Positions 17,358 to 27,148 of a stretch of DNA of 41,805 nt are shown here, in pieces. Source of the DNA: an uncultured bacterium (lineage in GTDB: Bacteria; Desulfobacterota; GWC2-55-46; DRQE01). The notes below the pieces were generated by a model. That model was not told the DNA's origin. It worked only from the letters and a program-made list of their open reading frames with translations, and ran no database searches. The DNA is taken from contig CBDUXY010000002.1 in assembly GCA_965371305.1 (NCBI GenBank), positions 1 to 41,805 of the forward strand, given 5' to 3'. The first letter of the stretch is position 1. Each line of letters begins with the position of its first letter. A program made the position numbers and the translations under genes.

Positions 17358-19208
17358 TCATGACTGATGACTATCATGACTCGCTTCCAGGCTCTCTATC
17401 TTTTCCAAAAGCTCCTCCATCTTCAAGTAACAATCGTCAATCTCTTTTTGCACCAGGCTTGCCGCATCAAAAGCCTCCCGGACTTGCGCGCCGTAGCCAA
17501 TCTCCTCAGACACGCTCTGGGCATATTCATTTTTTTCTTTAAGACTTGCCTCAAGCCCACTAAGCACGTCTTCTGTTTTTTCATATTTCTTTTTTAACGA
17601 CTTTATTTTTTTAATCCTGTCTTTCAGGCGCCTTGAATTTATGTGTTTGCCGGCTTTGCCTGCGTTCTCCGGTTTTTTCTTTTTTAAGGCCGCTTCTTCC
17701 TCCCAGCCGACTTTCTCTAAAAACTCATCGTACGTGCCGTAAAAGAACTGTGCGCCTGCCTCACTAAAGACCACAAGCTTATTTACAAGGCCGCGAAGCA
17801 TCTCCTCGTTATGGGTAACAAGCACGACGGCTCCTTTGAACCTTGCTATCTCTTCCGTCATCACCTCTATGGACTGCATATCAAGGTGGTTCGACGGCTC
17901 GTCAAGAAATAATAAGTTTGCCGGGTGGGCAAGCACCTTACCGAGCAGGACGCGGCTTTGCTCTCCTCCTGACAACACGCTTATTTTCTTATCCGCAACG
18001 CTGCCCGGGAACATCATGGCCCCGCATATGCCGCGGCTCTTTGCAATACCCAGGTCCGGGTTGGCGGCGGCAATCTCCTGGGCAATGGTGTTGTCCGGGC
18101 TTAAGTCCTTTCTGTTTGTCTGCCGGTAATAACCGATGACAGAGTCCGGGTGTGTACGAATGGTTCCACGCATGCCTGCACCCGCGTCAACTCCTGACAA
18201 AACGTTTAAGAGCGTTGTCTTGCCCTTTCCGTTCCGGCCTATTACGCCAAGTCTATCCCCCGGCTTAACGGTAAAACCAAGGTTGGAGAAGAGTTCGTCT
18301 TCACGCTCGCCCGTATATGAGAAGGCAAGCCCTGTAACCTCCATCAGCGCCTTTGCCCGCGTCAGGGCATAATTAAAACAAAACCCGAGCCTGTACTCGG
18401 GACTGATCCTGTCGACTAATTTTATCTTTTCAATCTGCTTTTGTTTGGACTTTGCCTGAGCCGCCTTCGTTGCCTTTGCCCCGAACCTGTCAACGAACTT
18501 TTGCAGGTCTCGTATCTTTTTCTCCTGGTTCTGCCGGGTCTTTTCCTGGTTTTCATCTTCAAGAGAAAGCCGGTCATAGAACTTACCGGTCTGACCCCTT
18601 ATCTTGCTAAGCCTGCCCCTTTGAATGCCCATCGTATGAGTCGTAACCGTGTCCATAAAGTCCCGGTCATGGGTTATGAGTATCGCTTCGCCGCGAAAAG
18701 TCTTCAGGAACCTCCTGAGCCAGCGAAGACTCAGGATGTCGAGGTAGTTAGTCGGCTCGTCAAGAAGAAGCATGTTGGGGTTTTGAAGCAGAGTTTTTGT
18801 AAGATTTATGCGGAGCTGAAAACCGCCGGAAAACTCCGACGGCGGACGCGAGAGGTCACCACTGGCAAAACCAAGGCCAAAGAGTATTTTCTCGGCCTTA
18901 TAAAAATCATAACGTTCTTCTTCGCTAAGCACCTGGCAGCATTCCTCAAGAAGTGTCGCCTTTGTAAAGTTTATATGCTGGTCAAGATAACCGAGGCGGT
19001 ATCCCTTTGGAACGGAAAAAGCGCCGCCGTCCTGGTGCTCAAGGCCGGTTAGTATCTTCATTAGCGTGGACTTGCCCGAGCCGTTTCGCCCGACAAGACC
19101 TACAATCTCACCCCTGGAAACGGAAAAGGAAACGTCTGTGAATAATGACACGCCGTTATATGACTTTGAAAGTTCTGATACCTGAAGCATAACTTGGAAT
19201 TTTATCAT
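17358..19208 (-). CDS. ABC-F family ATPase (ribosome-associated)
   Basis: Two ABC domains (GRNGSGKST..FSGG..LLDEPTN; GRNGKGKTT..LSGGE..LDEPSNHLD), no TM segments, C-terminal coiled coil. Start may be the second Met. Confidence 0.93.
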   Translation of the reverse strand: MIKFQVMLQVSELSKSYNGVSLFTDVSFSVSRGEIVGLVGRNGSGKSTLMKILTGLEHQDGGAFSVPKGYRLGYLDQHINFTKATLLEECCQVLSEEERYDFYKAEKILFGLGFASGDLSRPPSEFSGGFQLRINLTKTLLQNPNMLLLDEPTNYLDILSLRWLRRFLKTFRGEAILITHDRDFMDTVTTHTMGIQRGRLSKIRGQTGKFYDRLSLEDENQEKTRQNQEKKIRDLQKFVDRFGAKATKAAQAKSKQKQIEKIKLVDRISPEYRLGFCFNYALTRAKALMEVTGLAFSYTGEREDELFSNLGFTVKPGDRLGVIGRNGKGKTTLLNVLSGVDAGAGMRGTIRTHPDSVIGYYRQTNRKDLSPDNTIAQEIAAANPDLGIAKSRGICGAMMFPGSVADKKISVLSGGEQSRVLLGKVLAHPANLLFLDEPSNHLDMQSIEVMTEEIARFKGAVVLVTHNEEMLRGLVNKLVVFSEAGAQFFYGTYDEFLEKVGWEEEAALKKKKPENAGKAGKHINSRRLKDRIKKIKSLKKKYEKTEDVLSGLEASLKEKNEYAQSVSEEIGYGAQVREAFDAASLVQKEIDDCYLKMEELLEKIESLEASHDSHQS

Positions 19209-19269
19209 AAAAACAGAGTTTAAGTATATGAAAAACCGGCAACAAGTTTTTTTTAAAGCATTCAGAGCG

Positions 19270-19548
19270 GGCCTCAGGCAAGAGTCTTGCTAGCCTTAAC
19301 AATATAAATTAATGGCGCGTGACGACAAATAAGGAAATATTTTTTAACTCATTAGTACGGCCTCAGGCAAGAGTCTTGCTAGCCTTAACAATATAAATTA
19401 ATGGCGCATGACGACAAATAAGGAAATATTTTTTAACTCATTAGTACGGCCTCAGGCCGCGGTGTTGCAAATTTCACAATAAAAACCGACAACATCTGAT
19501 ACAAAACACATATACGCTTTTTTTTACATTGCAACGGCCTCAGGCCGT
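19270..19548 (+). repeat. 89-bp-period array anchored by palindromic GGCCTCAGGC
   Basis: GGCCTCAGGC at 19270, 19359, 19448 and 19536 (spacing 89, 89, 88). Units 1 and 2 are near-identical; unit 3 has a different AT-rich interior. Confidence 0.9.
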
Positions 19549-19592
19549 AACAGCTTGACTTGTCAGGAAAAAACGACTATTATCGATTTATC

Positions 19593-20456
19593 ATGACGGT
19601 TATAAAAAAAGCGGTTTTCCCAACAGGCGGACTTGGCACCAGGTTCCTGCCGGCAACGAAGTCCATACCAAAGGAGATGCTCCCGTTGGTGGACAAACCC
19701 CTCATACAATACTGCGTTGAGGAGGCAAAGCGGGCAGGACTGAATGAAATAGTTTTTGTCACAGGCCGCGGCAAACGCGCCATAGAAGACCACTTCGACA
19801 TTTCATTTGAACTTGAAACACTCCTTGAAGAAAAGAAGCAAAAACAGACACTGCAGATGGTCAGAGCAATATCCGAAGACGTTCAATACGTCTACATCAG
19901 GCAAAAACGGCCGCTTGGCCTCGGGCACGCCATACTATGCGCAAAAAACGTTATAGGCAATGAGCCCTTTGCGGTTTTGCTCGGAGATGATATAATTTAT
20001 TCAAAGGTCCCCGCGATGAAACAAATGACGCGCGTATTCAAAAAATATAACACGTCGATTATTGCGGTTCAAAAGGTTCCGAAAAACCAGACTCATTTAT
20101 ACGGCATGATAAAAGGAGAACAAGTCGCACCAAAGGTCTATAAAGTGACCGACCTTGTTGAAAAGCCAAAGAAAAACCCTCCGTCAAGCCTGGCCATAAT
20201 TGGCCGCTACATCCTTATGCCGGAGATTTTCGAGAGCCTTGAGAAAACAAAACCCGGCAGGGGCGGCGAAGTACAGCTCACAGACGCCATAAAAGGTCTT
20301 CTTAAGACCCAGGACGTATACGCCTATGAATTCGAAGGCACGCGCTTTGACGCAGGAGACAAGAGCGGCTTTATAAAGGCCAACATATACCTGGCGCTTA
20401 AACGAGCGGACCTCAAGGCCGAGATCAGAAAGTTTATAAAGGAACTTGTCCTGTAA
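19593..20456 (+). CDS. galU: UTP--glucose-1-phosphate uridylyltransferase
   Basis: KAVFPTGGLGTRFLPATKSIPKEMLP, LGLGHA, VEKP and GGEVQLTDAI. Confidence 0.95.
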   Translation: MTVIKKAVFPTGGLGTRFLPATKSIPKEMLPLVDKPLIQYCVEEAKRAGLNEIVFVTGRGKRAIEDHFDISFELETLLEEKKQKQTLQMVRAISEDVQYVYIRQKRPLGLGHAILCAKNVIGNEPFAVLLGDDIIYSKVPAMKQMTRVFKKYNTSIIAVQKVPKNQTHLYGMIKGEQVAPKVYKVTDLVEKPKKNPPSSLAIIGRYILMPEIFESLEKTKPGRGGEVQLTDAIKGLLKTQDVYAYEFEGTRFDAGDKSGFIKANIYLALKRADLKAEIRKFIKELVL

Positions 20457-20464
20457 CATCTCAA

Positions 20465-20555
20465 GTGGACAGATTTAGCAATCAGTTTTTAATTTACTAA
20501 GCTCTAAAGATTTGCAAAATAAATATTGCATCATTCGCCGTACGCGTAGCACCTT
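20465..20555 (+). repeat. Single degenerate copy of the ~89-bp intergenic unit
   Basis: GATTTAGCAATCAG...CTAAAGAT...AAATAAATATT...CATTCGCCGTACGCGTAGCACC aligns with the units at 26.9, 27.6 and 32.6 kb. Confidence 0.75.
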
Positions 20556-20580
20556 AACTTTAAAAAGAGGGCGCATCATA

Positions 20581-21039
20581 ATGGCAAAAAGTTCCAAAAA
20601 ATCTCCTCCCGGTCAGAGCGCGACAGGCCAGAATTCAAGCATGATACAGTTCATCATGGAGAGCCTTGACAACATCCCTGCGGCACGCGGCGTAGAGCCT
20701 CTCGGCCACGTCCCGTACGTCGACATGTACTCGACCGAGAAAGACTTCATAGTGGAGGCCGAGATGCCGGGCGTCCGACAGGAAGACATTGAGATTACTA
20801 TTTTTAAAAACACCCTGAGCATAAAGGCGCTTAAGTACGAGTGTTTTGATGAGTCAAACATTAATTACGTATGTATGGAAAGAAGTTTCGGCAAGGTATT
20901 TCGGAGCGTTGACATACCGTGCCCTGTAAATTCCGATGGCATAAAGGCTGTTTACAAGATGGGCATTTTGAAAATCACACTACCCAAGATTAAAGATAAA
21001 CGGAACAGGGCAAAAAAAATTAAAATAGAATCCAGCTGA
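20581..21039 (+). CDS. Small heat-shock protein (Hsp20/alpha-crystallin)
   Basis: PYVDMY, AEMPGV, ERSFGKVFR, AVYKMGILKITLPK and C-terminal IKI motif; directly upstream of lon. Confidence 0.9.
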   Translation: MAKSSKKSPPGQSATGQNSSMIQFIMESLDNIPAARGVEPLGHVPYVDMYSTEKDFIVEAEMPGVRQEDIEITIFKNTLSIKALKYECFDESNINYVCMERSFGKVFRSVDIPCPVNSDGIKAVYKMGILKITLPKIKDKRNRAKKIKIESS

Positions 21040-21056
21040 AAGCGAGGTTATCGACC

Positions 21057-23582
21057 ATGAGTGAAGAAGAAACAAAAGGCGCCCGGGATGGCGGCCTGGA
21101 AATCGGGGTAGAAGGCAACGCAGACGAAAGCACCGTAAATACGGAAGACCAGTTAATCATCCCTGAGATGCTCCCTTTGCTTCCCATAAGGGACATAGTC
21201 ATATTCCCGTATATGATAGTGCCCCTGTTCGTGGGTCGGGAAAAGTCCATTAACGCAATCGACTCGGCCCTCACCAAAGACAGACTGATTTTCATGGCCA
21301 CTCAGCGCGACGTCAGCAAAGAAGATCCCAATCCCGAAGACCTCTATACGTTTGGCACCGTCGGCATGATCATGCGTATGCTGAAGGTCCCGGACGGACG
21401 CGTCAAAATACTTGTTCAAGGTCTCACAAGGGGCAAGGTAAAGACCTTTTTGCAGACAAATCCGTTCTACACGGTGGACATCGCCAAGGTGACGGAGACA
21501 ATCGTGGACAAGAGCTCGCCGGAGACCGAGGCCCTTATGCGCAACGTGCGCGAGTTAATGGAAAAGCTCTCCTCGCTCGGACGCATAGTGTTCCCTGAAG
21601 TCATGATGGTGCTTGAAGACATCACAGACCCGGGCCGCCTCGCAGACCTGGTAGCGGCCAACCTCGGACTCAAGATAGACGACGCGCAAAAGGTACTTGA
21701 GATACTCGACCCGATAAGCCGCCTTGACCGGGTAAACGACCTGATCTCAAAAGAGCTTCAAGTATCGAAGATGCAGGCCCGCATCCAGACCTCTGCCAAG
21801 GAAGAGATGGACCGCACCCAGAGGGAATATTACCTGAGAGAGCAGCTCAAGGCCATCAAGACCGAACTTGGCGAATTCGAGGAGATAAGTGAGGACGGCG
21901 ACGACTTTCGCGAAAAGATTAAGCAGGTGAAAATGCCGGCAGAGATCGAAAAAGAAGCCCTCAAACATGCCGACAGATTAAGCAGCATGCACCCTGACGC
22001 TGCAGAGGCGACCATTACGAGGACCTACCTTGAATGGCTCGTAGAGCTTCCCTGGTCAAAATCAACGCGCGAAACCATAAGCATTAAAAAAGCGGCCGAC
22101 GTGCTCAATAAAGACCACTACGACCTTGAAAAAGTAAAGGAAAGAATACTTGAGTACCTGGCCGTAAGAAAGCTCAAGAAAAAGACAAAAGGCCCGATAC
22201 TTTGTTTTGTAGGTCCTCCGGGGGTCGGAAAGACCTCTCTCGGACGCTCGATTGCAAGGGCCATGGGCAGGAAGTTCGTAAGAATATCCCTGGGCGGTAT
22301 AAGGGACGAGGCAGAAATTCGCGGACACAGACGCACCTACGTCGGCGCCCTTCCGGGCAGGATAATCCAGGGCATGAAACAGGCGGGCACGATCAACCCG
22401 GTCTTTATGCTCGACGAGATAGACAAGATAGGGGCTGACTTCAGAGGCGACCCATCTTCTGCGTTGCTCGAAGTCCTCGACCCTGAACAGAACTATGCCT
22501 TCAGCGACCATTACTTGAACGTACCGTTTGACCTCTCAAGGGTAATGTTCATAACCACGGCCAACATGATGGACCCGATACCAGGCCCGCTAAGGGACCG
22601 GATGGAGATAATCAATTTACCCGGCTACACGTCGGATGAAAAACTCGTCATAGCCAAACGCTACCTGGTTCCAAGGCAGATTGACGAAAACGGCCTCTCC
22701 GACAAACTCATCTCTATAAACGACGATACGATAAAAAACATCATAGACGAATATACGCGCGAGGCAGGGCTCAGGAATCTGGAACGGGAGATTGCATCCG
22801 TGTGCAGAAAGGTCGCAAAAAAAGTAGCCGAAGGCAAAAAAACCAGCACAAGAATTACGCCTGCAAAACTAAGCGACTACCTTGGCTCTCCAAGGCACCT
22901 GCCCGAGGCAGAGCAGGAGACCGACGAAGTCGGGGTTGCAACCGGCCTTGCATGGACCCCGGTTGGAGGCGAGATACTATATATAGAGACGACCATCATG
23001 AAGGGTCGCGGACAACTGACCCTTACCGGGCACCTTGGCGACGTAATGAAAGAAAGCGCGCAAGCGGCCCTTAGCTACACAAGGACCCGAGCAAAGGAAC
23101 TCGGCCTTAAAGAGGGCTTTTACAAGAACCTTGACATACACATACACGTCCCTGCAGGGGCCATTCCAAAAGACGGCCCTTCGGCCGGCATTACCATGGC
23201 AGCTTCTCTTATATCAGCGATAACGAAAACGCCTATAAGAAAAGACGTTGCAATGACAGGGGAGATTACGCTGCGCGGGCGCATACTGCCAATCGGAGGA
23301 CTCAAGGAAAAATGCCTGGCAGCTCTCCGGGCCAACATGAAAACAGTCGTGCTGCCCGAGAGAAACAGGAATGACCTTGACGACATACCAAAAAACGTCA
23401 AGAAAGAGCTTGAACTCATACTCGTAGGGCACATGGACGACGCGCTTGAGCATATCCTGATTAAAAAGAAAAAACCCGGTAAAAAATCCGGTAAAAAACC
23501 AGGCACAAAAAAAGCAGTGACCAGGGCAAAAGCAGGAACAAAGAAAAAGACCCGTTCCAAGAAAATTCAGCCAGGGGCGTAA
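21057..23582 (+). CDS. lon: ATP-dependent protease La
   Basis: LON N-domain, GPPGVGKTS, LDEIDK, PKDGPSAG (catalytic Ser) and PIGGLKEK; Lys-rich tail. Confidence 0.97.
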   Translation: MSEEETKGARDGGLEIGVEGNADESTVNTEDQLIIPEMLPLLPIRDIVIFPYMIVPLFVGREKSINAIDSALTKDRLIFMATQRDVSKEDPNPEDLYTFGTVGMIMRMLKVPDGRVKILVQGLTRGKVKTFLQTNPFYTVDIAKVTETIVDKSSPETEALMRNVRELMEKLSSLGRIVFPEVMMVLEDITDPGRLADLVAANLGLKIDDAQKVLEILDPISRLDRVNDLISKELQVSKMQARIQTSAKEEMDRTQREYYLREQLKAIKTELGEFEEISEDGDDFREKIKQVKMPAEIEKEALKHADRLSSMHPDAAEATITRTYLEWLVELPWSKSTRETISIKKAADVLNKDHYDLEKVKERILEYLAVRKLKKKTKGPILCFVGPPGVGKTSLGRSIARAMGRKFVRISLGGIRDEAEIRGHRRTYVGALPGRIIQGMKQAGTINPVFMLDEIDKIGADFRGDPSSALLEVLDPEQNYAFSDHYLNVPFDLSRVMFITTANMMDPIPGPLRDRMEIINLPGYTSDEKLVIAKRYLVPRQIDENGLSDKLISINDDTIKNIIDEYTREAGLRNLEREIASVCRKVAKKVAEGKKTSTRITPAKLSDYLGSPRHLPEAEQETDEVGVATGLAWTPVGGEILYIETTIMKGRGQLTLTGHLGDVMKESAQAALSYTRTRAKELGLKEGFYKNLDIHIHVPAGAIPKDGPSAGITMAASLISAITKTPIRKDVAMTGEITLRGRILPIGGLKEKCLAALRANMKTVVLPERNRNDLDDIPKNVKKELELILVGHMDDALEHILIKKKKPGKKSGKKPGTKKAVTRAKAGTKKKTRSKKIQPGA

Positions 23583-23598
23583 GACACCGTTAAAGAAG

Positions 23599-24669
23599 AT
23601 GCAACTTAAAGATATAGGGGAGAAACGTCTTATAGAACATATTGCCGATATGTTCGGCAAGCCCAGTCCCAGGGTGCTTAAGGGGATAGGAGACGACACA
23701 TCGGTTACGCTTTGCGCTAATGGCAGCGACGGAAAATGTCTTCTGGCAACAACCGACACACTTGCCCAGGGCGTGCACTTCACCCTGGCAACGACCGGGG
23801 CCCTGGCGCTTGGCAGGAAACTCGTAAGCGTCTCCCTCTCAGACGTTGCGGCAATGGGCGCAACCCCATTGTTTTTACTGTTGTCACTATCCATGCCGCA
23901 ACAAACTGATGAAGATTTTTTCAACTCCCTGCACGACGGAATAAAAGAGCGCTGCGACGAATTTAACGTTGCCCTTATAGGGGGTAACACAACTGCCAGT
24001 AAAAGTGATATTATATTAACGGGTACCGTCCTTGGTGAGGCGGACAAGGACCGGGTTATATACAGGGGCGGGGCAAGGCCGGGCGACGACATATACGTTA
24101 CCGGCACACTTGGCGACTCAGCCCTTGGTCTTGAAGTTTTAACCGGAGCAGGGACGAAACAAGCGGCAGACAAAGTAGATAACGGGCGGTTTAAACGCCA
24201 GATAAAAAAACACACAGACCCGGAGCCGAGAGTTATTGCAGGGGCCTTGCTTTCAAAACGCTCCATTGCAAACGCAATGACGGACTTAAGCGACGGGCTT
24301 GCAACAGATTTAGAGACCCTTTGCCGTGAAAGCCGTGTCAGGGCCGAAGTGAAATCAGACGACATTACGCTGTCGAATGAACTAAGAGAATATATAAAAG
24401 TTCATCCCGAAGCGCGTTGCCTGCCCCTTACGGGCGCTGAGGACTACGAGCTTCTCTTTACCGCAAATAAAGAGAAACACAAACTGGTAACAGAACTCTT
24501 CGGTGAGCTCAAACTCCAGGTAACCAGAATCGGAAGTATAAAGGGGGAAGAAGTTACCTCTGGGGTAAAATCCGGGACAAGCTCCGGGGTGAAGTTTGGG
24601 GTGAAATTTATCGACAATAACAATGAAGAAATAATTCTCCTGAAGAAAGGTTACGAACACTTCAAGTAA
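23599..24669 (+). CDS. thiL: Thiamine-monophosphate kinase
   Basis: GIGDD, SDVAAMGA, IGGNT, VTGTLGDS, DLSDGL, GAEDYELLFT and C-terminal GYEHF. Confidence 0.95.
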   Translation: MQLKDIGEKRLIEHIADMFGKPSPRVLKGIGDDTSVTLCANGSDGKCLLATTDTLAQGVHFTLATTGALALGRKLVSVSLSDVAAMGATPLFLLLSLSMPQQTDEDFFNSLHDGIKERCDEFNVALIGGNTTASKSDIILTGTVLGEADKDRVIYRGGARPGDDIYVTGTLGDSALGLEVLTGAGTKQAADKVDNGRFKRQIKKHTDPEPRVIAGALLSKRSIANAMTDLSDGLATDLETLCRESRVRAEVKSDDITLSNELREYIKVHPEARCLPLTGAEDYELLFTANKEKHKLVTELFGELKLQVTRIGSIKGEEVTSGVKSGTSSGVKFGVKFIDNNNEEIILLKKGYEHFK

Positions 24670-24940
24670 TACCCCCTCCAACAGTACCTGGGGGGAAATT
24701 AAGCCCGCCATGCGGGGAAAAACAAGAATCGAAAGGTTATAAAAAAGGTTACGAACACTTCAAGTAATACCCCCTCCAACAGCACCTGGGGGGAATCAAA
24801 CCCGCCATGCGGGAAAAAACAGGAATCGAACGGTTTAAAAAAAGGTTACGAACACTTCAAGTAATACCCCCTCCAACAGCACCTGGGGGGGAATCAAACC
24901 CGCTATGCGGGAAAGAACGGTAACCGAAAGGTCAGAGCAC
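24646..24940 (+). repeat. Three tandem ~97-98-bp copies containing the last codons of thiL
   Basis: AAAGGTTACGAACACTTCAAGTAATACCCCCTCCAACAG.ACCTGGGGG at 24646, 24744 and 24841; degenerate trace at ~24927. Confidence 0.92.
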
Positions 24941-24974
24941 ACATCGCATTCACCAAAAAACGAGCGAGGCGACA

Positions 24975-26894
24975 ATGGATACCCCGAAAGATAAAAATGA
25001 CGACGACAACTTTGACGAAGACCCTCTTGGCATTGGGAACAAGACTGAGTCACGGTTTCAGAACCAGGAGCAGGACCAGGTCGCGAGTGAGAAAGAAGAC
25101 CCTTTAGCCGCCCCTGACGACGGTGACTTCTGGGACGACATTGGCAGCGACGACGACACGTTAAAATCCCCTAATGAGGACCGCGTAGAGGACGATGTAA
25201 ACGACAACAATTACATCGACGAACCCGATTCCGTCGGCGAACCTGATTCATTCGGCTTACCGCCTGAAGACAACCTTGAAGACACGGACGACACTAACCA
25301 GGGAGAGACGGACACAGACGCAGGCGACGATAAACCGGAGGACGAACCGGACGATAAACCGGAAAATGAACCGTACGACGACACGGACGAGCCAATAGAC
25401 CTGTCAGACGACGACGTGTGGCCCGAGGAGGACGAGGAGGAGGAAACGACCGGAGAAGAGGAAGCGGACGTGGCAGTGTCGGAAGAAGCAGACGCTGAGA
25501 GTAACGATAACACACGTACAAATGAGGAACATCTCTCCGAAGACGCTGTTGAAGCTTTAAGGGATAACGACGACAAGAGCGGCTCTGACAGCGCCCCTGC
25601 CAACGCTCCTGCAGACACCTCCGGCAGTTTTAATGTGCCACTTGGCTATAAGTTCATCTTCAGCATTCTCATTGTTGTGGCCATAGCCGGAGTACTCCCC
25701 ACATATATAAAAGGACTCTACGACGTCCCTGAATATGAAACGGCCCTGAGCCTGTTTTTTGCTCTCGTAATAGGACTGATTTTAGGCTCTGCCTTCACGC
25801 GCCGCTTTACAAAGGACTTTAACCGTCTGATCAAGACTGCAAACCGCATTGGCAAAGGGGACCTTCGCCACACGGACACCGAGCATCTCGCAAAAAAGAA
25901 GTTTACCGACGAAACAAACGAACTTGACCATGCCCTTGGCATCTTATTCACGAACTTAAGGGGCCTTGTCGAAAATGTCAAACACACGGTTGACAACCTC
26001 TCAGAGGCCCAGGAAACCCTTGATGAGATCATAACCAAAGGCCACGAGACCTCGCAAAATGTTATAAACTGTTCATCAAAGATATTTGACGGGGCCCTTG
26101 AGCAGGCAAGCCACGTTGAAAGCACGTCCAAGATTATCAAGGAAGTCGCCCACATGGCTGACGAGACCACGGCCGAAGTTAACGACACGGTCGATGCGTC
26201 AAACCGGGTACACTCCATGATTCAGAGCAGCGCAAACTCCGCTACAAGCGCCATTGAAAAAATGGAAACCATCTTTAAAGGCATAGAGAAAACAGAGATC
26301 GCCGCAGAGCAGCTGAAAGAAAAAATTAGCGACATACCAAAAGTACTCGACGTCATAACCCACATCTCACGTCAGACAGACCTGCTTGCCCTGAACGCAA
26401 CCATAGAAGCGAGCAAGGCCGGGGAACACGGGCGCGGGTTCGCCATAGTTGCAGAAGAAGTGCGTAGGTTTGCCGACAACACGGCCAAGAGCGTTGAGGA
26501 CGTCTCACGCATAGTGCACGGCCTGAAAACAGACGTAGCCGGCGTGGTGAAGACCGCAAGCGAAGGTACGGCCTCTCTTAAAGAAGGGCGCGACGATATA
26601 AGAAAGATCAGGGACGTACTCGGGGACATTGGCATATTCACGGCAGGAGTGTCAGAGAAATCCGAACTCATACTCAGACTCACCCAGAAACAAAAAGAGG
26701 GCTCCGAGCAAAGCGTAAACATTATAGAAAAGGTCGCTCAGATAGCTCACGAAAACCTCTCAGCGAGCGAATTGGTCGACCAGGCAGTTGAAAAACACGG
26801 AACAGCGCTGGATGAGACCCTTGAGGCCTCAAAAAAGCTCTCAACCCTTTCGGAAGAACTCCAGGAAGTCGTATCCAGATTCAAGATCGACTGA
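24975..26894 (+). CDS. Methyl-accepting chemotaxis protein, DifA-like, with long acidic N-terminal extension
   Basis: Two TMs joined by a very short loop, HAMP, and ISRQTDLLALNATIEASKAGEHGRGFAIVAEEVR hairpin tip; roughly the first 200 aa are D/E-rich low complexity. Confidence 0.9.
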   Translation: MDTPKDKNDDDNFDEDPLGIGNKTESRFQNQEQDQVASEKEDPLAAPDDGDFWDDIGSDDDTLKSPNEDRVEDDVNDNNYIDEPDSVGEPDSFGLPPEDNLEDTDDTNQGETDTDAGDDKPEDEPDDKPENEPYDDTDEPIDLSDDDVWPEEDEEEETTGEEEADVAVSEEADAESNDNTRTNEEHLSEDAVEALRDNDDKSGSDSAPANAPADTSGSFNVPLGYKFIFSILIVVAIAGVLPTYIKGLYDVPEYETALSLFFALVIGLILGSAFTRRFTKDFNRLIKTANRIGKGDLRHTDTEHLAKKKFTDETNELDHALGILFTNLRGLVENVKHTVDNLSEAQETLDEIITKGHETSQNVINCSSKIFDGALEQASHVESTSKIIKEVAHMADETTAEVNDTVDASNRVHSMIQSSANSATSAIEKMETIFKGIEKTEIAAEQLKEKISDIPKVLDVITHISRQTDLLALNATIEASKAGEHGRGFAIVAEEVRRFADNTAKSVEDVSRIVHGLKTDVAGVVKTASEGTASLKEGRDDIRKIRDVLGDIGIFTAGVSEKSELILRLTQKQKEGSEQSVNIIEKVAQIAHENLSASELVDQAVEKHGTALDETLEASKKLSTLSEELQEVVSRFKID

Positions 26895-26895
26895 A

Positions 26896-27098
26896 TTACC
26901 GTGCGCAGCACCTGCGGTGGGCGCCTGCGGCGGGCGAATGAGTTAACAGACTTTATTTTAACAAACCAAACAAATAACCATTATATCATTTACCGTGCGC
27001 AGCACCTGCGGTGGGCAGATTCAGTAATCAGCTTTTGCGCTTACGGAGCTAAAGATTTACAAATAAACATTGTATTATCTGCCGTGCGCAGCACCTGC
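26896..27098 (+). repeat. Array of the ~89-bp intergenic unit (2 units)
   Basis: CCGTGCGCAGCACCTGC junction motif (with flank) at ~26896, 26990 and 27079. Confidence 0.88.
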
Positions 27099-27148
27099 CT
27101 AAAATTGAACCCACAGGGCTGGTTTAAACCCACCCTGCGCCCTAAAAA

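Noticed and set aside
19270-19548. CRISPR array
   Set aside because: The repeat is only ~10-13 bp, interiors are ~76 bp and two are near-identical, and there are no cas genes in the window.
13205-19560. Prophage, integron or IS as explanation for the accessory patch
   Set aside because: No integrase, transposase or phage genes, and no convincing attC (RYYYAAC...GTTRRRY) sites seen.
23214-24365. 383-aa minus-strand ORF
   Set aside because: Antisense shadow of lon/thiL with no recognisable motifs.
24382-25053. Two minus-strand ORFs sharing AGLI.PQVLLEGVLLEVFVTF
   Set aside because: The similarity is a by-product of the thiL-end DNA repeat; they overlap real genes antisense.
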